NCBI GenBank assembly: GCA_964386005.1
Contig: CAYLSB010000015.1
Span: forward strand, 2,986 to 66,985
Length of the DNA: 64,000 nucleotides
Direction of reading: 5' to 3'
DNA from: an uncultured Pirellulales bacterium
Lineage (GTDB): Bacteria > Planctomycetota > Phycisphaerae > Sedimentisphaerales > Anaerohalosphaeraceae
Below, in pieces: positions 17,602 through 25,693 of this stretch (position 1 is the stretch's first letter; the number at the start of each line of letters is the position of its first letter). Below the pieces are notes generated by a model. The model did not search any database, had not been told where the DNA came from, and saw only the letters and a list, made by a program, of their open reading frames with translations. The translations under genes were made by a program, and so were the position numbers.

Positions 17602-17862
17602 ATGAAATCGAGTGGAAAAACACTGGTAATCGGGATCATTCTTGGATTATGCGCGGCGCTATTATTGGCGGCGGCCGGGACCCCCACGACGGGGAGATAT
17701 CATGTATCCGCCAGCGGAACGAATGTGTGGGTTCTGGATTCCGAGACCGGGCAAATCTGGAGCACGGAAAAACGTGCCGATGACTCCAAGCCCAATTGGA
17801 TGAGTACCGAGCCGATTCATTGGATCGATTATGGATTTCCCATGAAGGGGCAGGGGCGGTGA
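17602..17862 (+). CDS. Small hypothetical exported/membrane-anchored protein
   Basis: ATG 17602 lies 6 nt after AAGGAG. The N-terminal hydrophobic segment is KTLVIGIILGLCAALLLAAAG. I recognise no family. Confidence 0.45.
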   Translation: MKSSGKTLVIGIILGLCAALLLAAAGTPTTGRYHVSASGTNVWVLDSETGQIWSTEKRADDSKPNWMSTEPIHWIDYGFPMKGQGR

Positions 17863-17865
17863 CGA

Positions 17866-18693
17866 TCAGATGCCGGAGACATTGTCGCGTCGGAGGGTGA
17901 TCCCGGTGTATCTCCATTGTTCGCAGAACTGCTCGATCGGAATGTTGAGTTTGCCCAGAGATGGATCGGCGACGACGACCTGTCGATCATTCATTGCCAG
18001 AACGACAACACAATGATTGGTTAACGGACCCCCTCGAACCATTACCAGAGTGAGCCCGGCCGATTTGAGTTCATGGAGAGTATTGAATCGGCGGAATTCA
18101 CAACGGAGCCCCTGATCGGCGTATTGTTGATCGAGCGCGGAACATAAATCCCATGGCAGAGTCCCGATAATCGGACCCGTGGAGGCGGAGACGGCGATTT
18201 GTCCCTCATGGGCCGGAAGGCGAAGCTGATGCAACGCAGTGACGGCGGCGGCTGGGCCGCATGTGTACGGCCGTGTTTGCAGACAGATACCCTGCTGATC
18301 CGTGAGGTTGGGTGTATTCAGTAACTCATTGCGGACCAGGACGGGCGCTGCAAATGGAAATATCGAAAACGACAGGATAAAGATCAGAAGAAGGATTCGA
18401 ACAACAATTCGTTCCCATCGCTTCGGTAAGAAGGGTTCCAAAGTCAGAATCCCAACGGGGATAGCAAATGAAAGAACGACAAATCGCAAGCGCCCGTGGA
18501 AAATCCCGCCGAGCCATCCTTCGGGGGAGCCAAAGAATCCGGATCGGCCCAAGGAAAGGGCAACAAGGATCATCAGAGGGATTGCGTAGCCCATGGTTTG
18601 TCGAATACGATTCCCGGCCGCACAGAAACGTCCCAGCCGGACGGCTGAAAGTGCTATTGTGACCACGAAAATGATTTCCCGCCACGGATTCAT
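17866..18693 (-). CDS. Membrane-anchored peptidase C39-like (papain-fold cysteine peptidase) protein
   Basis: About 4 N-terminal TM helices followed by a C39-like domain with Cys (QTRPYTCGPAAAVTAL), His (LTNHCVVVLA) and Asp (VVVADP). Confidence 0.65.
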   Translation of the reverse strand: MNPWREIIFVVTIALSAVRLGRFCAAGNRIRQTMGYAIPLMILVALSLGRSGFFGSPEGWLGGIFHGRLRFVVLSFAIPVGILTLEPFLPKRWERIVVRILLLIFILSFSIFPFAAPVLVRNELLNTPNLTDQQGICLQTRPYTCGPAAAVTALHQLRLPAHEGQIAVSASTGPIIGTLPWDLCSALDQQYADQGLRCEFRRFNTLHELKSAGLTLVMVRGGPLTNHCVVVLAMNDRQVVVADPSLGKLNIPIEQFCEQWRYTGITLRRDNVSGI

Positions 18694-18898
18694 GGTACGT
18701 TGATACCCCCACAGGACATTGATATCTCATTTCTGACGACCTTATTATACCATAAACACCCCGAAGAAGCAACCATCTTATCGGACAGAAGGCGGAGACG
18801 GGGAAGATTCCGTCGATCGGATATTCTCAAACGATAGATCATGATCTCCATATCGGAGGATTTATCGGACGCTACCCAATCTGTATTTCCCATGAAAG

Positions 18899-20311
18899 TT
18901 GGAACCAAGAGGACCGTGGATTTCGACGAAAAGGAAGCGGGTGACTACGATGCCGAGCGAGCAACCGATGTTGTCATCGTGGAGAATCGGCATCCGGGAA
19001 AGAGCGGATAAAGGAAAACAGGCCATGAAGCCAAAACGAATTGAACAGATTCTGGAGCAGCCGCAGGATTTGACGGCGGTGCCGTCGGAAGCGCAAACCA
19101 GCGAACAAAAAGATGCGGTGATCCAGTCCAAGAGCAAGTTCATTGACAACATGGCGTTCCAGATACGCACGTTGTCCAATGCGATTCTGGGTTTCAGCGA
19201 ACTGCTGCTGAACGAGGAAATTACCCAGACGCAACGGGAATATGTCAACGAAATCTTTCAAGCCGGTCAGGGTATGGTTTCGCTGGTGAATGACGTGCTG
19301 GACATGACGCGGTTGGAAAATGGACAGCTTCAAGCGCAATTGGAAGACTGCTCCCTGGCATGGCTTCTGGATGAGATTGACATCCTCGTCCGACCGGCCG
19401 CCGTGGAAAAGGGCCTGGCATTTGAGATCAAAACCGGCGCCGATCTCCCGGCGAATATCCGTACGGATCCGCGTCGATTACGTCAGTGTCTGATCATCAT
19501 GGCGGGGAATGCCGTAAAGTTTACCCGGAAAGGGCATGTTCATATCGATGCATCTCTGGCTTGGCATCAGGACCACGCCTACGTTCGATTTGATGTGATT
19601 GATTCGGGAATGGGAATCCCGAAAGACAAACAGGCGACGATCTTTCAACCCTATTCACAGTATGAGCAAGTCAGCGAAAGCATGTTGACCAGCCTGGAGC
19701 TGGGATTAACGGCGAATAGCGGTTTGGCGGCGACAACTCAGTTGGTTCAATTGCTGGGGGGCCGAATCGCCGTCACCAGCGAGATGGGCAAGGGATCCGT
19801 TTTTTCTCTGGTGATTCCGGCCGGACTGGATGTTCGTAATCAGGCGGCGCTGCCGGAGTTCCACGAGGGGCAGCACGTCTCGAGCAATCCAATCAATGAA
19901 CCGGCGCCGGTTTCGGCACCCTCTCAATGTTGCGGTCATGTCCTGTTGGTGGAGGACCTCCCGTCGAACCAGACGGTCGTTAGTCTGTTGCTGGAAACGA
20001 TGGGATTGAAGGTTTCGCTGGCGGAAAATGGTCAACAAGCGATCGAGAAGGCGATGGCGAATGCCTACGATTTGATCCTGATGGATATCAAGATGCCGGT
20101 GATGGATGGAATCGTAACGACGAAAATCCTCAGGCAAAACGGGCTTGCAACCCCGATTATCGCTTTGTCGGCGGCCAATGAACCGACCAGCAGGGACTTC
20201 GACGGTTTTTTGGCCAAACCGGTGGATAGCCAGGGATTATTCGGCGCGATCAGCCGTTACCTTCCGGTGACCAATCTGGCATCAAATGCGTTGCCCGACG
20301 ATAGGAAATAG
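18899..20311 (+). CDS. Hybrid histidine-kinase-like protein (degenerate HisKA/HATPase) with a C-terminal receiver domain
   Basis: The DHp-like segment KSKFIDNMAFQIRTLSNAILGFSELL has Phe where the phospho-His normally sits. N-box AGNAVKFT and G1 DSGMGI are present, but the G2 box is degenerate (TSLELGLTA). The receiver reads VLLVEDLPSNQ...DLILMDIKMPVMDG...FLAKP. The start is uncertain (TTG 18899, ATG 18950 or ATG 19025). Confidence 0.8.
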   Translation: MEPRGPWISTKRKRVTTMPSEQPMLSSWRIGIRERADKGKQAMKPKRIEQILEQPQDLTAVPSEAQTSEQKDAVIQSKSKFIDNMAFQIRTLSNAILGFSELLLNEEITQTQREYVNEIFQAGQGMVSLVNDVLDMTRLENGQLQAQLEDCSLAWLLDEIDILVRPAAVEKGLAFEIKTGADLPANIRTDPRRLRQCLIIMAGNAVKFTRKGHVHIDASLAWHQDHAYVRFDVIDSGMGIPKDKQATIFQPYSQYEQVSESMLTSLELGLTANSGLAATTQLVQLLGGRIAVTSEMGKGSVFSLVIPAGLDVRNQAALPEFHEGQHVSSNPINEPAPVSAPSQCCGHVLLVEDLPSNQTVVSLLLETMGLKVSLAENGQQAIEKAMANAYDLILMDIKMPVMDGIVTTKILRQNGLATPIIALSAANEPTSRDFDGFLAKPVDSQGLFGAISRYLPVTNLASNALPDDRK

Positions 20312-20332
20312 GAACAAGAGGATACGAGGAAA

Positions 20333-22096
20333 ATGGGATCGCCAATGCCGGTTACTTCGGAAAAGACAATCAGTTCAGCTCAAGGTAAAGACAATGCCCT
20401 GTTCGGGGATTGGCTGGTGAAAAATCAGCGATTGTCTGCGAATGATTTGCATGATGCTCTGCAGGAACAGTCGCGAACGGGGGGAAGGTTAGGCGAGGTT
20501 CTGGTTCGGATCGGAAAGCTGACGGACCATGATGCATCCAAGTCCCTGGCGGATTATCTGGGAATCGAATTTATTCAATTGGACGACTTGGGGATCATCC
20601 AGACCGATGTCGCTCGGAAGGTTCCTGAGACAATCGCCAAGCGATTCTCGCTTGTGGCGCTGGGAGAGACCGAGGGGAAAGTCAAAATCGCGATTACCGA
20701 TCCGCTGAACGTGGTAGCCATCGATACCATCACCGTCAAATTGAAAAAGCAGGTCAAGATGGTGTTGGCCTCGGCCAAGGATATTCAAAGAGCCATCGAG
20801 GTCATCTACCACGGTACCGATATCCAGGAACAGAAGCTGCGGGACCTGGTGGACCTGGAGGTCAGCACGGAAGAGGATGAGGAGGATGTTCAGGAATCAT
20901 CCGGTGCGATCGAAGCGGAAGATGCTCCGGTTATCCGATTCGTCGATTTGCTGCTCAGTCACGCCGTCAAGAGCCGGGCCAGTGATATCCATATTGAGCC
21001 GCAGGAAAAAGGGATGAATATCCGCATGAGAATCGATGGAATGCTGACGGATATGGTTCCTCCCGCCCGAAAGATGCAGGCCGCGGTGATCGCGCGGATC
21101 AAGATCATCTCCGAACTGGACATCGCCGAACGTCGGTTGCCGCAGGATGGACGATTCAAGATCAGGGCGGGGGAGCGGGATATCGATGTTCGCGTGTCGG
21201 TCCTGCCGACGATTTACGGAGAAAAGGTTGTGATGCGTATTCTGGACAAGAATGCCGTTAATCACGATCTGGACAAGATGGGATTCGATCCGAACCTGCT
21301 CGATCAATTCAAACGAATCCTCAAACAGCCGTATGGCATCATCATCGTGACCGGACCCACGGGCAGCGGAAAAAGTACGACCCTGTATTCGGCGCTGAAT
21401 TATCTGCGCGATCCGAAGAAGAACATTACGACGGTGGAAGATCCGGTCGAGTATCGGATGGCGGGCATTAATCAGACACAAGTCAAACCGGAAATCGGAA
21501 TGACTTTCGAGGCGAGTTTACGGGCGATTTTGAGACAGGATCCGAACATTATCCTATTAGGGGAAATTCGCGATAAGGAAACCATGGAGATCGCGATGAA
21601 GGCGTCTCTGACGGGGCATTTGGTGCTCAGCACGTTTCATACCAATGATGCGCCGAGTGCGATCAGTCGATTTGTATATATGGGATTGGAACCGTATCTG
21701 TTGGCCTCGAGCTTGAATCTGATCCTGGCGCAGCGGCTGATGCGGAAAATCTGCGAGCAGTGCAAAGAACCGATCCAGATCGACGATGATGTTCTCAAGC
21801 GGCTTCGATTTGATGCCCAGGAGGCCAAGTCGGTAATTCTGTATCACGGTAAGGGCTGTCCGGCATGCCATAACAGCGGTTATTCAGGACGAGTGCCGAT
21901 CTTTGAGTTTCTGCCGATGACACGGGAAATGCGCGACAAGATCGCCACCGGCGCCGGTGAGGTGGAGATCCGGAAGATGGCCCATGAAAAAGGATTCTGC
22001 GATCTTCTGGATAGCGGAGTTCAGCGGATGAAGGCCGGCCTGACCACGGCCGAGGAAGTCCTGCGAGTAACCTTTACACAGGATGTCGAGGCGTAA
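20333..22096 (+). CDS. GspE/PilB-family secretion ATPase (type II secretion / type IV pilus) with an MshEN-like N-terminal domain
   Basis: Walker A GPTGSGKSTT, Asp box, Walker B, His box and a tetracysteine motif (CEQC...CPAC) are present. The N-terminal T2SSE_N-like repeats are LFGDWLVKNQRLSANDLHDALQEQ and RLGEVLVRIGKLTDHD. Confidence 0.9.
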   Translation: MGSPMPVTSEKTISSAQGKDNALFGDWLVKNQRLSANDLHDALQEQSRTGGRLGEVLVRIGKLTDHDASKSLADYLGIEFIQLDDLGIIQTDVARKVPETIAKRFSLVALGETEGKVKIAITDPLNVVAIDTITVKLKKQVKMVLASAKDIQRAIEVIYHGTDIQEQKLRDLVDLEVSTEEDEEDVQESSGAIEAEDAPVIRFVDLLLSHAVKSRASDIHIEPQEKGMNIRMRIDGMLTDMVPPARKMQAAVIARIKIISELDIAERRLPQDGRFKIRAGERDIDVRVSVLPTIYGEKVVMRILDKNAVNHDLDKMGFDPNLLDQFKRILKQPYGIIIVTGPTGSGKSTTLYSALNYLRDPKKNITTVEDPVEYRMAGINQTQVKPEIGMTFEASLRAILRQDPNIILLGEIRDKETMEIAMKASLTGHLVLSTFHTNDAPSAISRFVYMGLEPYLLASSLNLILAQRLMRKICEQCKEPIQIDDDVLKRLRFDAQEAKSVILYHGKGCPACHNSGYSGRVPIFEFLPMTREMRDKIATGAGEVEIRKMAHEKGFCDLLDSGVQRMKAGLTTAEEVLRVTFTQDVEA

Positions 22097-22272
22097 GTCC
22101 TTTCAATGTAATATTATGCATTCGATCAATCCATTCTCGTTCCAACATATTCCCTCACTGAAATGTCGTTCGGTTTTTTATTGGACTTCATTCTTTTTTG
22201 AAGTATAGTAATTCATGCGGGATGGAAAAATCAATCAGGCGAGAAAGCTATTTGTGATTCATGGAGGCGAAA

Positions 22273-22977
22273 ATGTTCCGATGGACTGGAATGGCAACGT
22301 TCGTATTTGCTGTGGCGATAGGATTGTATGTACCTTCCGCGGAAGCGGGAATAATGAATGGGGATTTTGAAGCTCCGGAAGGGTGGGATTATGCATGGTC
22401 CCATAGTGACAATGTCGAAGATTCGGATCCATACCCTGTTCCCAATGGTGCGATTATTCATGAAACAGACGGGGGGATCAGTTATCTGAGTCAGGCATTC
22501 ACCATCGATCCGGGTGAAACTTCGTTGCGATTCAATCTGCGGTTTGAATACGAGGGCATCAGCGAGACGGAATATTTCTATGCATTCCTTTTCCAGAAAC
22601 CCGGTTTTAATCCGGAGACGACCCCCGATGCATTGCTGTTGGACGGACATGAACCGTTTTATACGGTTGGCAGCAACGAACTTGAAACGGTTCAATCCGG
22701 CGTTCAGGTATCCAGCGTGGAGGGTTGGCAGTGGGAGTGGATGGATGAGTCTGAGAAACTGGGTCATGGATGGAAAGACATGATCATCTCCATACCCGTT
22801 TCAAGCGGCGACGATTTCGTACTGTGGTTTGCGTTAACCAGTACGGATCCGGATATTTTTGCCAATGCCACTTTGGATACCATCGAATTACATCATAACG
22901 TTCCCGAACCGACCTCGATGATATTGGGTGCATTGGGTGTAGGATTGGTCGGCGTTTTCCGGAGGCGGAAATCGTAG
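22273..22977 (+). CDS. PEP-CTERM-anchored secreted protein
   Basis: Signal peptide MFRWTGMATFVFAVAIGLYVPSAEAG and C-terminal VPEPTSMILGALGVGLVGVFRRRKS (PEP motif, TM helix, basic tail). ATG 22273 follows GGAGG. Confidence 0.75.
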   Translation: MFRWTGMATFVFAVAIGLYVPSAEAGIMNGDFEAPEGWDYAWSHSDNVEDSDPYPVPNGAIIHETDGGISYLSQAFTIDPGETSLRFNLRFEYEGISETEYFYAFLFQKPGFNPETTPDALLLDGHEPFYTVGSNELETVQSGVQVSSVEGWQWEWMDESEKLGHGWKDMIISIPVSSGDDFVLWFALTSTDPDIFANATLDTIELHHNVPEPTSMILGALGVGLVGVFRRRKS

Positions 22978-23002
22978 ATAATGGACAGAGGGGTGATGAA
23001 AA

Positions 23003-23037
23003 AAGGCCCAGTCGATTCCGCTGGGCCTTGTTTTTTT
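23003..23037. terminator. Bidirectional intrinsic terminator
   Basis: A 9-bp stem AAGGCCCAG / CTGGGCCTT flanked by AAAA on the left and GTTTTTTT on the right. It lies between convergent genes. Confidence 0.7.
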
Positions 23038-23787
23038 CTATTGTGGTTTTGGTTCGGCCGGAGGTTGTTGAACTGGGACATCCGGGGAAGATGGTTTCGG
23101 CGTTTCAGTGACCGATCCCGCTGGAGCAGATGGTTCAAAGGGTTTTTCCCCGCCGGGTGGAGGCGGCATTGAACCTCCAGGCGGTGTCATCGATCCTGGG
23201 CCGGTTGGGGGTTGGAATTGTCCGTCGGGTGGGGGACCTTGGGGAATACGATCGTCGGTTGAGGGTCTTTGTCCGCCTCGTCGGCCGTCACCGCGATCGG
23301 GACCGCTGCGGTAATCGGGACCGCCTCTGCCTTCCGGACCTGTACGACCAGGCCCCCCTGGACGAGGGCCTCTTTCTCGATCCCATTGCCGACGGCTTTT
23401 TTTCACGTCATTTTCCCAGTCAGCGAATTGTTTCTCATCGAGGATATTCTTCATGCCGGCAACAATCTTTGCCCAATTCTCCTTTTGCTTTTCGCCAACA
23501 CTCCTGAAGACCTCTCCCATTACCCTGGCCTGCTCTTCAAACAGAGCATGGAGTTTTTTTTCCTGTTGTTCCGTTAGACCGTATTTTCCCTTCATGTCCG
23601 CGACAACCTGTTTTGGGTCAAAACCTGGCGGTATGATAATCAGCCGGCCCTTTAAGTTGAGAAACATGCCCCCCGCGCCGATAATGATTCCGAACCCAAG
23701 AATCATTAAACCGAATACTATGGCGACCATTCGCTGGCGATGACGGCCGGGTAAACAGACAGGATTTGTGAACGGTGTTTCTACCAT
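23038..23787 (-). CDS. Membrane-anchored LTXXQ-motif (Spy/CpxP-like) protein with a Gly/Pro-rich tail
   Basis: Trimmed to MVETPFTNP..., with one TM helix (MVAIVFGLMILGFGIIIGAGGMF), an LTEQQEKKL motif and a low-complexity RGGP/PPG C-terminus. The ATG overlaps the stop of the upstream gene by 7 nt. Confidence 0.55.
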   Translation of the reverse strand: MVETPFTNPVCLPGRHRQRMVAIVFGLMILGFGIIIGAGGMFLNLKGRLIIIPPGFDPKQVVADMKGKYGLTEQQEKKLHALFEEQARVMGEVFRSVGEKQKENWAKIVAGMKNILDEKQFADWENDVKKSRRQWDRERGPRPGGPGRTGPEGRGGPDYRSGPDRGDGRRGGQRPSTDDRIPQGPPPDGQFQPPTGPGSMTPPGGSMPPPPGGEKPFEPSAPAGSVTETPKPSSPDVPVQQPPAEPKPQ

Positions 23788-24041
23788 AGCCAGGCCACCT
23801 GAATCGGAGCGAAGAAGTTCATATACGGATCCTGGATTGCCTGCAAGGCATAAAACGACAGGAACAAGATGATCGATGCCGCCACGGCCGACAAGCCTGC
23901 CACCCACGAGACCGGCATTACGTCAATGGCCGGCCGACTGTAGCGGAAGGTCTTGATGTGCGCCATGACCGACGCTCCAACCGAGATGGCCGGAGGCGAT
24001 TCCTGCTTGGCCGCTTGCACCAGTTTGTCAATTGTGTTCAT
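23781..24041 (-). CDS. Putative anti-sigma factor (small single-pass membrane protein)
   Basis: ATGA overlap with the ECF sigma stop (24041-24038). About 86 aa with a C-terminal TM helix (VSWVAGLSAVAASIILFLSFYAL). The call rests on position, not on homology. Confidence 0.45.
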   Translation of the reverse strand: MNTIDKLVQAAKQESPPAISVGASVMAHIKTFRYSRPAIDVMPVSWVAGLSAVAASIILFLSFYALQAIQDPYMNFFAPIQVAWLW

Positions 24042-24721
24042 TGTATCCATCCGAGTTTCTCCAATAGGCCGAGTTTATCGGCGATGGCCTTGAGCTTTCT
24101 ACGCGATCGCAAGGCCCTCATTTTTACCATGCCCCGCGTCCATCCCATCCGCTGGGCAATCTGCTCGGTCGAGCAGTCTTCAAAATACATCAGGGTCAGC
24201 ACCAATCGGTCCGGTGGCGATAGGTGCGAGAGTAATCCGTGCAGGATCTCGGCGGCGACGGACGGATCAATCGTATCCGGATCTTCCGAAACCGGCGCAT
24301 CAATCTCCTGCAGTGACCAGGTCGATGGCGATCGCTTCTGCTGTTTCCAGAAGTGATAACCCACCCGCGTCGCGATCCGGTGTAGCCAGGCCGGAAATGG
24401 CCCGTCTCCGCGATACCGCGACAAGCTGAAATACGCCTGCACGAAGACTTCCTGTACCAGTTCCTCGCAGATCGTCTTGTCGCGACTGAACCGCCACATC
24501 AAACGGGCGATGTCCGCCTGATGCCGCATCAGAATCCGCTGGTATCCCTGGTCGTCTCCGCTAAGGCACGCCTGGATGTCGAGTAAGTCAAGGTTTTGCA
24601 CGCAGTCATTGTATCCGGACGACCGGGTATCGTCAAATGCCACAGAGCGATTCACAAGAGCGGGGCCTGACCGCTCGAGGCGGAACAGGCCCCGAACAGG
24701 ATGATTCAATTCGGCGATCAC
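24038..24721 (-). CDS. ECF-type RNA polymerase sigma-70 family factor
   Basis: Region 2 (ELVQEVFVQAYFSLSRYRGDGPFPAWLHRIATRV) and region 4 (LSPPDRLVLTLMYFEDCSTEQIAQRMGWTRGMVKMRALRSRRKL). The GTG start overlaps the upstream stop (GTGA). The true start may lie further in. Confidence 0.85.
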   Translation of the reverse strand: MIAELNHPVRGLFRLERSGPALVNRSVAFDDTRSSGYNDCVQNLDLLDIQACLSGDDQGYQRILMRHQADIARLMWRFSRDKTICEELVQEVFVQAYFSLSRYRGDGPFPAWLHRIATRVGYHFWKQQKRSPSTWSLQEIDAPVSEDPDTIDPSVAAEILHGLLSHLSPPDRLVLTLMYFEDCSTEQIAQRMGWTRGMVKMRALRSRRKLKAIADKLGLLEKLGWIQ

Positions 24722-25431
24722 TGGCGACGGGTTCGCCCTTCACGAGCCGGACGTGCAGGAGTCGCTGCGGGTTTTTCCGCTTCTTTCGGCGCTTCCGGTT
24801 TGGGTTGTGTCGCGGCGGCTGGAGCGGCAAGAGGAGTCTGGCTGCGGAGTTGTTCCAGTTCCTTGCGCTGCTCGGGGGTCAGAACCTTCTCGCGAATATC
24901 ATTGAAAAGTTTCTCAATGGCTTCCCGTTGCATTTGGGTAACTTTGGCCTTCTGTTCATCGGTCAGTTTGATTCGATCCAGGAGCGGCTGGAAGGGGAAC
25001 ACCGATCCGCGTCCGGCACCGGGTTGTCCGGGCTGGCCGCCAAATCCAGCAAAACCGCCACCCATTCGATTGCCGCGTTCGGAGCGAAGCTGTTCCATCT
25101 TGGCCTTCTGTTCTTCCGTCAAAATGGAATTCATATCCTCCCGCATCTTGGTAAACATGTCTCGGCGGGCTTCCGGGGTGGCTTCGTTCATATTTTGCAT
25201 CATCTTGGTGCGAAGCTCTTCCATTTTCTTCTTCTGTTCCTCGGTGAGGTTCAGTTGGTCCATCGATTCGGGACCCATGAACATACCGCCACCCATTCCT
25301 CCCCGCATTCCCTGACCTCTCTGTTGATCGCCGCCGGGGCCGCCCTGACCCCCCGGCTGAGCCATAACCAACCCGCTCATGCAGATAACCAAGCCGATTA
25401 CCAGGGTCAATACTACCAAATTCCTTTTCAT
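24718..25431 (-). CDS. Secreted LTXXQ-repeat (Spy/CpxP family-like) protein
   Basis: Trimmed to MKRNLVVLTLVIGLVICMSGLVMA (signal peptide) after AAAGGAG. It has four LT(E/D/P)EQ(K/R) repeats (LTEEQKKKM, LTEEQKAKM, LTDEQKAKV, LTPEQRKEL) and Gly-rich linkers. Confidence 0.65.
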   Translation of the reverse strand: MKRNLVVLTLVIGLVICMSGLVMAQPGGQGGPGGDQQRGQGMRGGMGGGMFMGPESMDQLNLTEEQKKKMEELRTKMMQNMNEATPEARRDMFTKMREDMNSILTEEQKAKMEQLRSERGNRMGGGFAGFGGQPGQPGAGRGSVFPFQPLLDRIKLTDEQKAKVTQMQREAIEKLFNDIREKVLTPEQRKELEQLRSQTPLAAPAAATQPKPEAPKEAEKPAATPARPAREGRTRRQ

Positions 25432-25693
25432 ACATGTCTCCTTTCTTGATACTGTTTTTATCGTCATTTTGGAACATTTGCGTTCCCCAATCCGCAATGA
25501 TTGTGTAAAAAATGGGGGTTGGGTAACTTGGATTCGTGAAATAAATTGGATTTTTAGCGATATTTTCAATTGATTGAGATCAAATGTAATAACAAGTAAG
25601 GAATTGACAGGACTAACCATACCGTTATTATAGGTCAATGTTTGGGTCATAGAGGGCTTTGGCTCTTGGTCCGGTTGGTCGGGAGGTTTGAAT

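Noticed and set aside
17602-17862. The small 86-aa ORF as a double-glycine-leader substrate of the adjacent C39-like peptidase
   Set aside because: Its N-terminus is a classic hydrophobic signal or anchor with no GG/GA cleavage motif. The two genes are also convergent rather than co-transcribed.
24637-25449. 270-aa and 204-aa plus-strand ORFs opposite the LTXXQ-repeat gene
   Set aside because: They are low-complexity mirror images of the Gly/Lys/Glu-rich repeat gene. The minus-strand gene has a signal peptide, an RBS and LTXXQ repeats.
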